Origin: an uncultured delta proteobacterium
GTDB taxonomy: Bacteria > Myxococcota > Myxococcia > Myxococcales > Myxococcaceae
Direction: 5' to 3'
Length of the DNA stretch: 64,000 bases
Assembly (NCBI GenBank): GCA_963776345.1
Contig: CAVZMH010000016.1
Coordinates: 640,001 to 704,000, forward strand
The notes under the pieces are model-generated. The model worked only from the letters and a program-made list of their open reading frames with translations, was not told where the DNA came from and did no database searches. Numbering within the stretch: position 1 is the first letter of the stretch; each line of letters starts with the position of its first letter. This document shows positions 27,195-36,367 of the stretch, piece after piece. The position numbers were made by a program, and so were the translations under genes.

Positions 27195-28843
27195 ACGGCG
27201 TACCCCATCGCCCCGGCCGTGGCGGGGGCCTGGGGGTCGAGCATCACGTTGACGCAGGCCACGGTCCCGGAGTCGACCGCGCGCTCCAGCGCGGGGCGGA
27301 TCTGCGCCGGCTCGGTGACCAGCTCGCCCCACCCTCCGAAGGCTTTCACCACCTCGTCGTAGCGCGTCGGCGCGAGCAAGGTGGCCGGCGACTTCTCCGG
27401 CCCGAACATCCCCAGCTGCGGGAGCCGGATCTGCCCCCAGGCCGCGTCGTTCCCGACGACGCAGATCATCGGCAGCTTGAAGCGGACCGCGGTCTCGAAG
27501 TCCATCCCGTTGAGCCCGAACGACCCGTCACCCTGCACCACCCAGACCTGCCGCTCGGGGTGGAGCAGCTTGGCGGCGATGGCAAACGGCGCGCCCACGC
27601 CGAGGCAGCCCAGCGGACCCGGGTCGAGCCATCGGCCGGGGGCCTTCAGGGCCAGCACCTTCGCCGCCATCGCCACCCAGTTCCCGCCGTCGGCGATGAA
27701 CATCGGGTCGCGGCTCCCCGCGTTCGCCACGGTCGAGAGCTCCTTCGCCAGCCGGTAGTGGTGGATGGGGACCGCGTCGCTCCGGGTCCACTCCTCGAGG
27801 GCGGCGAGCTTCTTCTGCTCGGCGGCCCGGAGCTCCTGGATGTACGTGGTCCGCGTGGTCTTCTTCGCGCCGTCGGCGAAGGCCGCGAGCGCCGAGCGGC
27901 TGTCGGCCACCAGCCCCACGTCCACCGGGCGGTTCCGGCCGATCTCGGTCGGGTCGACGTCCACCTGGACGATCTTCGAGGCGGCGCTGAAGGTGGGCTC
28001 GGCCCCGTAGTTGAGGCGGAAGTCGAAGGGCGTGCCGATCACGAACACCACGTCCGCTCTGGTGAGCGCCTCCTTCCGGGTGTGCTGGAAGAACATCGGG
28101 TGGTCGGGCGGGAGGCAGCCGCGGCCGGCGCCGTTGAGGTAGGTGGGGACCTGCGCGCGCTCCACGAAGGCCCGGAGCGCGTCGACGGCGTCGTCCCAGT
28201 ACACGCTCGAGCCGGCGATCATCGCCGGGCGCTCGGCCGCGGCGAGCAAGGCCAGCGCCTCGTCCACCGCCACCGGATCCGGGGCCAGGCGGGCGCGCGT
28301 CCGGTACAGCCGGGGGATCTGCAGCGCGGCCTCGTCCACCCCGTTGCACAGCACGTCCCAGGCGAGCTCGAGGAACACCGGACCCGGCCGGCCGCTCAGC
28401 GCCACCCGGAACGCCTTGGCCATGTAGAGCGGGACGAGGTCGGGAGAGGGCACGCGGTCCGACCACTTGGAGATGCGGTGGAAGAGGTCCACCTGCTCCA
28501 TTTCTTGCAGACTGCCCCGGCTCTGGTTGAAGAGCGGCGCGGCGCCTCCCAGGAGGATGAGGGGCGAGTTGGCGGCGTTGGCGTTGGCCACCCCGGTGAG
28601 CGCGTCGGTGACCCCGGGGCCGGCGGTCACCACCGCGACCCCGACCCCGCGGGTGATGCGGGCGTAGGCGTCGGCGGCGTGTGCGGCGGCCTGCTCGTGC
28701 CGGGTGTCGACGACCTCGATGCCCTCCTCCACCAGGCCCGCGTAGATCGGCGCGACGTGGAGGCCGGAGAGGGTGAAGACGTGGCGGACCCGCTCCTCCT
28801 TCAGCATCCGCGCCACCAGCTGCCCGCCGGTCACCATCGCCAT
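27191..28843 (-). CDS. ThDP-dependent enzyme (ILVBL/2-hydroxyacyl-CoA lyase-like)
   Basis: FTLSG.H, RHEQAA, TAGPG.T, WLDPGPLGCLGVG, GDGSFG, GNDAAWG. Confidence 0.85.
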   Translation of the reverse strand: MAMVTGGQLVARMLKEERVRHVFTLSGLHVAPIYAGLVEEGIEVVDTRHEQAAAHAADAYARITRGVGVAVVTAGPGVTDALTGVANANAANSPLILLGGAAPLFNQSRGSLQEMEQVDLFHRISKWSDRVPSPDLVPLYMAKAFRVALSGRPGPVFLELAWDVLCNGVDEAALQIPRLYRTRARLAPDPVAVDEALALLAAAERPAMIAGSSVYWDDAVDALRAFVERAQVPTYLNGAGRGCLPPDHPMFFQHTRKEALTRADVVFVIGTPFDFRLNYGAEPTFSAASKIVQVDVDPTEIGRNRPVDVGLVADSRSALAAFADGAKKTTRTTYIQELRAAEQKKLAALEEWTRSDAVPIHHYRLAKELSTVANAGSRDPMFIADGGNWVAMAAKVLALKAPGRWLDPGPLGCLGVGAPFAIAAKLLHPERQVWVVQGDGSFGLNGMDFETAVRFKLPMICVVGNDAAWGQIRLPQLGMFGPEKSPATLLAPTRYDEVVKAFGGWGELVTEPAQIRPALERAVDSGTVACVNVMLDPQAPATAGAMGYAV

Positions 28844-28910
28844 GGCCTGTCGTCTCCTGCCTGGCGCCGGGGCGCAGGCCGTCGTAGGACTCGGGGCCGG
28901 TTTATCCCCC

Positions 28911-30389
28911 GTGGACGAACGTTTCCAGGACCTGCGGTCGCGGGCCGATGGGTACGCGACGGCGCTCGCCCGGGAGGCGTTCGCCCGCGGGCTGGTGACC
29001 ACCGCCCTGGACGGGACCCGGAAGGCCATCACCCCGGGCGCGACGCCGGTGGTGCTCCCGGCGCGGGTCATCGAGGAGCGCCACGCGCTGGCCCGCACCC
29101 TGGCGCTCGCCGGGTTCCGGATGGCGCAGGCAACGGTGCAGGGGCCCTCGCGCGAGCTGCTCCTGGGGGCGCTCTCGCCGCTCGAGCGCCGGCTGGTGGA
29201 GCTGTCGTCCCCCGGCACGCGCCGGCTGGCCATCGCCCGGATCGACTTCCTGGTCTCGGGCCGGCCGGCGGCGCTCGAGCTCAACGCCACCATCCCGGCC
29301 ATGCCCGGCTACTCGGACATGGCCGCTGGCGCGTTCCTCGACGTCGTGGGGCGCGCGGCGGGGCTGGACGGGACGGCGGTGCGCAGACTGGAGGCCGAGA
29401 ACGGGAGCAACGTCGAGGCACTCCACCAGGCGCTGCTCGCCGCGGCCATCCAGGAGCGCAGGCGCCCTCCCGAGCGCATCGCCCTGCTCTGCCGCCGCGG
29501 CGACAGCCAGCTCTCGGAGGTGGACCATCTGGTCCGCCGGTTCGGCGAGCTGGGGACCGAGACGCACCGCGTGTACCCCGACGAGGCGAGCGGCGAGGAG
29601 CTGTTCACCGCGCACGGCAAGACGTTCGACCTCGTGTACCGCCACCTCTTCGTGCACCGGCTCAGCGAGATGCCGAGCGCGTTCCTCGAGGCGTTCTTCG
29701 CCGGGCAGGCCGCCCGGGGCTCCCTGCTCCTCAACCGGCCGGCGGCCCACATCGAGGTGAAGAGCAACTTCGCCCTGCTCTCGCGCGCGCTGGAGGAGCC
29801 GGCGCTGGCCCGCGGCGCCGGCCTCGGTCCGGAGGACCTGGAGGCGATCCGCCAGGCGGTGCCCTGGACCCGGGTGCTCGGCCCGGGGACGGTGCGCGGT
29901 CCTGGGGGAGAGACGCTCGGCGACCTGGTGGCGCACGTGGCCGCGCACCCCGAGACCTTCGTTCTCAAGCGCGCCTGGGACTACGGCGGGAAGGCCGTCT
30001 TCATCGGCCCCGCGTCGGACGAGCCCGGCTTCGCCACCCGATCCGAGGCGGCGTTCGGCGCTCGCCTGCCCTGGCCCGAGCTGGTTCGGCGGGCAGCGGC
30101 GGACACCCGCGGCGGCGGGTTCGTGGTGCAGGCGGCGGTGGACGTGCCCCGGGAGGCGCACGTCCTGGCCACGCCGACGGGGCCGGTGGAGGCGGAGGTG
30201 TTCGTCGACTACTCCGCCTTCGCCTCGGTGGGCGTGGACCCCGAGCCCGCCTGGGGAGGCGTCGTCCGGGCCTCGGCCTCTCGGATCGTGAACATCCAGG
30301 GAGGCGGCGGCGTCCTCCCACTGCTCCGCGAGACGGTCTGGTCCCGCCTCCGCGATGCGCTCCGGGCGGAATCCCGACGACCGGCCTAG
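28911..30389 (+). CDS. Circularly permuted ATP-grasp-like ligase
   Basis: ARIDFL...LELNATIPAM.GY, VLKRAWDYGGKAV.IG, IVNIQGGGG. Start uncertain. Confidence 0.65.
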   Translation: MDERFQDLRSRADGYATALAREAFARGLVTTALDGTRKAITPGATPVVLPARVIEERHALARTLALAGFRMAQATVQGPSRELLLGALSPLERRLVELSSPGTRRLAIARIDFLVSGRPAALELNATIPAMPGYSDMAAGAFLDVVGRAAGLDGTAVRRLEAENGSNVEALHQALLAAAIQERRRPPERIALLCRRGDSQLSEVDHLVRRFGELGTETHRVYPDEASGEELFTAHGKTFDLVYRHLFVHRLSEMPSAFLEAFFAGQAARGSLLLNRPAAHIEVKSNFALLSRALEEPALARGAGLGPEDLEAIRQAVPWTRVLGPGTVRGPGGETLGDLVAHVAAHPETFVLKRAWDYGGKAVFIGPASDEPGFATRSEAAFGARLPWPELVRRAAADTRGGGFVVQAAVDVPREAHVLATPTGPVEAEVFVDYSAFASVGVDPEPAWGGVVRASASRIVNIQGGGGVLPLLRETVWSRLRDALRAESRRPA

Positions 30390-30469
30390 TGTTGTGGACA
30401 CTGGCCACCGACCTTCGCTGCGTTAAGAGAAACCGCATTGGGGCCGGTGGCCCTCAAAGGAGAAGGCAG

Positions 30470-31213
30470 ATGGCCTGGGAATTCGATGCACGCAAGGCGG
30501 CGCGCGGCGGCGACCTGAGCGAGACCGGGGCGGGCGGCTTCGGCCGCGCCCGCGAGCTCACCGGGACGACCGCGGCGAGCTTCATGGCCGGCGTCTACCG
30601 CTGGATGACGCTGGGCCTGGCGGTCACCGCCGGCGTGGCGCTGTACACGGCGAGCAACCTCCAGCTCGCGATGACGGTGGCCCGGAACATCTGGCCGCTG
30701 GTCATCGTGCAGTTCCTGGTCGTGCTCGCGCTGTCGTTCATGGCGCAGCGGATCAGCGGGCCGGTGGCGGCGCTGATGTTCATCGTCTACGCCGGACTCA
30801 CCGGCCTGACCCTGAGCGCGATCTTCTTCGTCTACTCGGTGGGGTCGATCGGAACGGCCTTCCTCATCACCGCCGGATCCTTCGCCGCCCTGAGCCTCTT
30901 CGGCACGGTGACCAAGCGGGACCTCAGCGGCTGGGGCACCTTCCTCTTCATGGGGCTCATCGGCGTCGTGATCGCCAGCTTCGTCCAGTTCTTCTGGCAC
31001 AGCCCTGCCTTCAGCTTCGTTCTCTCCTGCGCGACGGTGGTCGTGTTCGCGGGCCTCACCGCCTACGACACCCAGAAGCTCCGGGTGCTCGGGGCGCAGT
31101 ACGCCGGCGCGGGCCTGACCTCGATCACCATCGTCGGCGCGCTGAACCTTTACCTCGACTTCATCAACCTGTTCCTCGCGCTGCTACGGCTCTTTGGCAA
31201 CCGTCGCGAGTAG
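30470..31213 (+). CDS. Bax inhibitor-1/YccA family membrane protein
   Basis: FMAGVYRWM..GL..T, TKRDLS, FAGLTAYDTQK, GALNLYLDFINLF. AAGGAG SD. Confidence 0.92.
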   Translation: MAWEFDARKAARGGDLSETGAGGFGRARELTGTTAASFMAGVYRWMTLGLAVTAGVALYTASNLQLAMTVARNIWPLVIVQFLVVLALSFMAQRISGPVAALMFIVYAGLTGLTLSAIFFVYSVGSIGTAFLITAGSFAALSLFGTVTKRDLSGWGTFLFMGLIGVVIASFVQFFWHSPAFSFVLSCATVVVFAGLTAYDTQKLRVLGAQYAGAGLTSITIVGALNLYLDFINLFLALLRLFGNRRE

Positions 31214-31309
31214 CTGAATATTGACTCGCTGGGCGGCGTCTCCGAGAGTCCCGCGACTGCCCGCCCATGCGGGCGCGACGCCCGTTTCGCTTTCCCCAGG
31301 AGACCACAC

Positions 31310-31654
31310 GTGAACGGACAGGACGACGAGACCATGCGCTTCAACCGCCGCCGGGCGCTCCAGATTCTCGGGGCGGGGCTGGGCGCGGCGAGCGGCGTGC
31401 TCGCGTTGGCCAGCACGGAGGCCCGTGCCGCGGCCGCCCTGAACTGCAAGTCGAAGATCCCGGTGGATCCGGTGGCGACGCAGATGCGGCGCAACCTCCA
31501 GTATGCGGAGAAGTCGACCCAGGCCGGGAAGAAGTGCGGCAACTGTGTCCAGTTCGAGGCCGGCAAGTACAAGGAATGCGGCGGTTGCAAGCTCTTCGCG
31601 GGCGCGGTCAACCCCGAGGGCAACTGTCTGAGCTGGGCGGCGAAGAAGGCCTGA
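31310..31654 (+). CDS. Tat-exported high-potential iron-sulfur protein (HiPIP)
   Basis: NRRRAL Tat signal, then LQY...CGNC.QF...GCKLF..AVNPEGNCLSW. Confidence 0.82.
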   Translation: MNGQDDETMRFNRRRALQILGAGLGAASGVLALASTEARAAAALNCKSKIPVDPVATQMRRNLQYAEKSTQAGKKCGNCVQFEAGKYKECGGCKLFAGAVNPEGNCLSWAAKKA

Positions 31655-31929
31655 GCCTACTGCGGCCTCGGCCGCCCCTGGGGGGCGCATCGAGGGCGCG
31701 CCGGCGTCGAACCCGGTCCAGAGGGTGAGCAGGCGGCGTCGGCTCCAACCGGGACCTGTCCGCCCGGAGTGGCCGGGCCCTCGCAGCCTGCCCCCCCGAT
31801 TCCGCACCGCAACTCTCCTGCTCTGGGGCGGTGTTGAAGGCGAGGCCTCGACGGTCCGCGATGCTGGATCGAAATCAACGGCCGTCCTAGATCCGGCGAT
31901 CCGCTCGAAGGTCGCGCGAGGAGGTCGCC

Positions 31930-33222
31930 GTGGCCGAACCGTCTGCCGCACCGCACCCGCCCGAGATTCGCTGGGCCCAGCTGGTGCTTGGCGTCCTCAG
32001 CATGGTGATGATCGCCAACCTCCAGTACGGGTGGACGCTCTTCGTCGGACCGATCGACCAGATGTTCCACTGGGGGAAGAAGGACATCCAGTGGGCCTTC
32101 ACGCTCTTCGTGCTCGCCGAGACCTGGCCCGTCCCGTTCGAGGGCGCGATCGTCGACCGCTTTGGCCCTCGGATCGTCGTGCTGGTCGGTGGATTCCTGG
32201 TGGGCCTCGCCTGGGTGATGAACTCGATGGTCACCTCCCTCACCGGGCTCTACACCGCGGCGATCATCGGCGGCCTGGGAGCCGGTGCCGTCTACGGCAC
32301 GGCGGTGGGCAACTCGCTGAAGTGGTTCACCGACCGGCGAGGGCTCGCGGCGGGCCTCACCGCCGCGGGCTTCGGAATGGGCGCCGCTGCCACGGTCATC
32401 CCGATCGCCAACATGATCCAGAACTCCGGTTTCCAGGCGGCGTTCTTCCGTTTCGGGATCTTGCAGGGCGTGGCGGTCATGCTCTGCGCGCTGTTCCTTC
32501 GCGCGCCCCGTCCCGGAGAGGTCCCGGCGATCACCCTCACTCCCAAGAACCGCCAGACCGCGCGGGACTACACCTGGCGGGAGGCGCTGAAGACCCCGAT
32601 GTTCTGGATCATGTACGCGATGTTCGTGATGGTCGCGACCGGCGGGCTGATGGCCACCGCGCAGGTCGCCCCGATCGCCAAGGACTACAAGGTCGCCAAC
32701 ATCCCAGTGTCGCTGCTGGGTCTCACCCTCCCCGCGCTCACCTTCGCGCTCACGATCGATCGGATCCTCAACGGGCTCACCAGACCCTTCTTCGGCTGGG
32801 TGTCCGACCACCTCGGGCGCGAGAACACCATGTTCGGCGCCTTCGTCCTGGAAGGCGTGGGGATCTTGCTCCTGATGAAGTTCGGGACGAATCCCGTCCT
32901 CTTCGTGATCCTGACCGGGGTGGTGTTCTTCGGGTGGGGCGAGATCTACAGCCTCTTCCCCGCGACATGCGGCGACGTCTTCGGGCGCAAGTACAGCACC
33001 ACGGTCTACGGGATCCTCTACACGGCCAAGGGCACAGCCGGGTTGATCGTGCCGTACACCAGCGTGGTCGCCGAGCGCTCCGGCTGGTCGGGTGTCTTCA
33101 TGGTCGTCGCAGTGCTCAACTTCATCGCCGCTGCGATGGCCATCTTCGTCCTCCGTCCGGTCCGGCACCGCGCGATGAGCGAGGAGCTCATCCCGGACGC
33201 GCTGGGCATCAGCCGCGTCTAG
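31930..33222 (+). CDS. oxlT: Oxalate/formate antiporter-type MFS transporter
   Basis: MVMIANLQYGWTLFV.PI, KWF.DRRGLAAG, NGLTRPFFGWVSD, GEIYSLFP, LYTAKGT. Confidence 0.85.
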   Translation: MAEPSAAPHPPEIRWAQLVLGVLSMVMIANLQYGWTLFVGPIDQMFHWGKKDIQWAFTLFVLAETWPVPFEGAIVDRFGPRIVVLVGGFLVGLAWVMNSMVTSLTGLYTAAIIGGLGAGAVYGTAVGNSLKWFTDRRGLAAGLTAAGFGMGAAATVIPIANMIQNSGFQAAFFRFGILQGVAVMLCALFLRAPRPGEVPAITLTPKNRQTARDYTWREALKTPMFWIMYAMFVMVATGGLMATAQVAPIAKDYKVANIPVSLLGLTLPALTFALTIDRILNGLTRPFFGWVSDHLGRENTMFGAFVLEGVGILLLMKFGTNPVLFVILTGVVFFGWGEIYSLFPATCGDVFGRKYSTTVYGILYTAKGTAGLIVPYTSVVAERSGWSGVFMVVAVLNFIAAAMAIFVLRPVRHRAMSEELIPDALGISRV

Positions 33223-33234
33223 GAACACCTCTCC

Positions 33235-34764
33235 ATGCCCCATCCATCGATCGCCGCACTCCTCGAGGCAGGTCCCGCCGACGCCCCGGCCATCGGCGCG
33301 CCGGAGGGGGTGAAGTCACTCTCCTACCGGGACCTCCAGGCGCTGGCCCGCCGCACCGTCGAGACGCTCAACGGCCTCGGCATCGGACGCGGCGACCGGG
33401 TGGCCATCGTCTTGCCCAACGGGCCGGAGATGGCGAGCTCGTTCATCGCCGTCGCGGCGGGCGCGGCCACGGCGCCGCTGAACCCTGCGTACCGGGCCGA
33501 GGAGCTGGAGTTCTACCTCGGCGACCTCAAGGCGAAGGCGCTGGTGCTGGAGGCCGGCGTCGACTCGGCGGCGCGCGCCACGGCGAAGAAGATGTCCATC
33601 CCGGTGCTCGAGCTGACCGCGGACCGCTCCCGCGGCGCGGGCTGGTTCACCCTCGCCACCTCCGGCGCGGCGTCCGGCCGGCCGGCCCGCGAGGGGATGG
33701 GCGAGAAGGACGACACCGCGCTGTTCCTTCACACCTCGGGGACGACGTCGCGGCCCAAGCTGGTCCCGCTGCTCCAGCGGAACCTCCTGGCCAGCGCCGA
33801 GCACATCGGGCGGGCGCTCGCGCTGACGAGGGACGACGTCTGTCTGAACATCATGCCGCTGTTCCACATCCACGGGCTGCTCGCCGCGACGCTGTCCTCG
33901 CTGGCGGCGGGTGGCTCGGTGTCCTGCAGCCCCGGCTTCAACGCGCTCAAGTTCTTCGCCTGGCTCGATGAGGTGAAGCCCACCTGGTACACGGCGGTGC
34001 CGACCATGCACCAGACGATCCTCGCCCGCGCGGACCGGAACCGCGAGGTGATCGCCCGGAGCCGGCTGCGCCTCATCCGCTCGTCGTCGGCCTCGCTGCC
34101 CGCGGCGGTGATGGTGGAGATGGAGAAGGTCTTCGGCGTGCCGGTCATCGAGAGCTACGGGATGACCGAGGCCTCGCACCAGATGGCGTCCAATCCCCTC
34201 CCCCCGCGCCCGCGCAAGCCGGGCTCGGTCGGCGTCGCCTCCGGGCCCGAGGTGGCGATCCTCGACGAGAGCGGCAAGCAGCTCCCGCGCGGCGAGGTGG
34301 GCGAGGTCTGCATCCGCGGGCCCAACGTGACGCCGGGGTACGAGGCGAATCCGGACGCGAACGCGAAAGCGTTCACCAGCGGCTGGTTCCGCACCGGAGA
34401 CCAGGGAACCATCGACGAGGAGGGCTACCTGCGCCTCACCGGGCGGCTGAAGGAGCTCATCAACCGCGGCGGCGAGAAGATCTCCCCGCTGGAGGTCGAC
34501 GAGGTCCTGTCGGCGCACCCGGCCGTCGCGCAGGCCCTGACCTTCGCGCTGCCGCACGACAAGCTCGGTGAGGAGGTGGCCGCGGCGGTGGTGCTGCGGG
34601 AGGGAGCCTCGGCGACGGAGCGCGAGCTGCGCGACTTCTGCGCCCGCCGGCTGGCCGACTTCAAGGTTCCGCGGAAGGTGGTACTCCTGACCGAGATCCC
34701 CAAGGGCGCCACCGGCAAGCTCCAGCGCATCGGACTGGCCCAGAAGCTCGGCCTGGCGTCGTGA
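33235..34764 (+). CDS. Acyl-CoA synthetase, oxalate--CoA ligase-like
   Basis: APLNPAY, HTSGTTSRPK.VPL, TWYTAVPTMHQ, IRSSSASL, MTEASHQMASNPLP, TGKLQR. These resemble the Pcs60/AAE3 type. Confidence 0.8.
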   Translation: MPHPSIAALLEAGPADAPAIGAPEGVKSLSYRDLQALARRTVETLNGLGIGRGDRVAIVLPNGPEMASSFIAVAAGAATAPLNPAYRAEELEFYLGDLKAKALVLEAGVDSAARATAKKMSIPVLELTADRSRGAGWFTLATSGAASGRPAREGMGEKDDTALFLHTSGTTSRPKLVPLLQRNLLASAEHIGRALALTRDDVCLNIMPLFHIHGLLAATLSSLAAGGSVSCSPGFNALKFFAWLDEVKPTWYTAVPTMHQTILARADRNREVIARSRLRLIRSSSASLPAAVMVEMEKVFGVPVIESYGMTEASHQMASNPLPPRPRKPGSVGVASGPEVAILDESGKQLPRGEVGEVCIRGPNVTPGYEANPDANAKAFTSGWFRTGDQGTIDEEGYLRLTGRLKELINRGGEKISPLEVDEVLSAHPAVAQALTFALPHDKLGEEVAAAVVLREGASATERELRDFCARRLADFKVPRKVVLLTEIPKGATGKLQRIGLAQKLGLAS

Positions 34765-35762
34765 AGATCTGCGTCGTCGGCGCCGGAGCGATCGGCGGGC
34801 TGGTCGCGGCGAAGCTGGCCGCGCTCGGGCACGAGATCAGCGTGGTGGTCCGCGGTCCGCACCTGGCGGCGATCCGCGCGCGCGGGCTGACGCTCCAGGC
34901 GGAGGGCACCGAGCGCGTGTTCCAGGTGCGCGCCACGGACAAGATGGCCGAGCTGGGGCAGCAGGACCTGGTGGTCATCGGCCTCAAGGCGCACCAGGTC
35001 GCGGGCGTGGCAGCGGACATCCGCGGGCTGTGCGGACCGGCGACCACGGTGGTGACGGCGCAGAACGGGATCCCCTGGTGGTACTTCTTCAAGACCGGCG
35101 GGCCGTACGAGGGAACCGTGCTCGAGTCGGTGGACCCGGGCGGGGTCATCGCGAAGAACATCGACGTCGACCGGGTGCTGGGGTCGATCATCTACCCGGC
35201 GGCGGACATCGTCTCCCCGGGCGTCATCCGGCACGTCGAGGGCGATCGGCTCTCGCTCGGCGAGGTCGACAACTCCGACACCGAGCGGCTGCGGAGCACC
35301 GCGAAGCTGCTCCGCGACGCCGGCTTCAAGGTCCGCGTCTCGACGGATCTGCGCTCGGAGATCTGGGTGAAGCTGTGGGGCAACAGCACCTTCAACCCCA
35401 TCAGCGCGCTCACCCACGCCACGCTGGTGGACATCTGCCAGTTCCCGCCGACCCGCACCCTCGCCGAGGGGATGATGCGCGAGGCGCAGCAGATCGGCGA
35501 GAAGCTGGGCGTCCGCTTCCCGGTCTCGCTCGAGAAGCGCATCGCCGGCGCCGAGGCCGTGGGGAAGCACAAGACCTCGATGCTCCAGGACGTGGAGACC
35601 GGCCGGCCGCTGGAGCTCGACGCGCTCGTCGGCTCCGTCCTCGAGCTGGGGCGGATCACCGGTGTCCCGGCCGTGCATCTCACGGCAATTCACGCCTGCG
35701 TGGCGCTCCTGGCGAAGACGCTGCGGGAGTCCGCAGGGCGGCTCAAGATCACCAGCGGCTGA
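34761..35762 (+). CDS. Ketopantoate-reductase-like protein (PanE2-type, putative oxalyl-CoA reductase)
   Basis: GAGAIGG, LKAHQ, QNGIPWWYF, K.WGN..FNPISAL, HKTSMLQD. GTGA overlap. Confidence 0.78.
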   Translation: MKICVVGAGAIGGLVAAKLAALGHEISVVVRGPHLAAIRARGLTLQAEGTERVFQVRATDKMAELGQQDLVVIGLKAHQVAGVAADIRGLCGPATTVVTAQNGIPWWYFFKTGGPYEGTVLESVDPGGVIAKNIDVDRVLGSIIYPAADIVSPGVIRHVEGDRLSLGEVDNSDTERLRSTAKLLRDAGFKVRVSTDLRSEIWVKLWGNSTFNPISALTHATLVDICQFPPTRTLAEGMMREAQQIGEKLGVRFPVSLEKRIAGAEAVGKHKTSMLQDVETGRPLELDALVGSVLELGRITGVPAVHLTAIHACVALLAKTLRESAGRLKITSG

Positions 35763-35908
35763 GCGACCGACGGGACGGCTCGCCTCAGCGGTAGGCAGCA
35801 TGAGCGCAGGCCGCGGTTAGTCGGCGACCCTGCCTTGGCACCCTGCCATCCCTGCACTGTTCCGGGGGTCGCTGGGCACGTCAAGGATGCGCGGCGGATG
35901 GCCGGCGC

Positions 35909-36268
35909 TCAACCCTCGCCCGCGTCGGCGCGCTTCACCTTCGGCGACTCGAAGTGCCCCTTGAGCCGGAGCCGCTCCACCGGCTTCCCGCCGATGACGT
36001 GCGACTGGAGGATCTCATCCACGTCCTCGACCTTGACCCGGCCGTACCAGACCCCGTCGGGGTAGATGACCACGGTCACGCCGAAGGCGCAGGCGTCCAT
36101 GCACCCGGCCTGGTTGGCGCGGACCTCCCCCTTCAACCCGAGCTTCACCACCTGCTCCTTGAAGCGGGCGAGCACCGCCTCGCTGCCCTTCTCGCCGCAC
36201 GACCCCTTGGGATCGCCGTCCGGCCGGCGGTTGGTACAGGTGAAGATGTGGAGTCGAAAGGGAGGCAC
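35909..36268 (-). CDS. Thioredoxin-like [2Fe-2S] ferredoxin
   Basis: HIFTC.N.R...SC...GCMDAC..G..V.IYPDGVWY. Confidence 0.88.
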   Translation of the reverse strand: MPPFRLHIFTCTNRRPDGDPKGSCGEKGSEAVLARFKEQVVKLGLKGEVRANQAGCMDACAFGVTVVIYPDGVWYGRVKVEDVDEILQSHVIGGKPVERLRLKGHFESPKVKRADAGEG

Positions 36269-36367
36269 GCCGCACGCTCTAACACCGTGCCGCTCGCGGC
36301 GTCAGCGGCCCGGCACGGCAGCTTTCTCCTGGGCGGCCGTCCGTCGTCTCGGGCACGCTGTGGGGCG

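Noticed and set aside
27191..28843. Calling the ThDP enzyme oxalyl-CoA decarboxylase (oxc) or biosynthetic ilvB
   Set aside because: WLDPGPLGCLG resembles ILVBL-type enzymes rather than Oxc. No frc or ilvN is adjacent and the gene is not in the oxlT unit.
27560..31213. 1217-aa ORF suggesting a giant BI-1 fusion
   Set aside because: Only the last 247 aa (ATG 30470, with SD) are protein-like; the rest overlaps two real genes.
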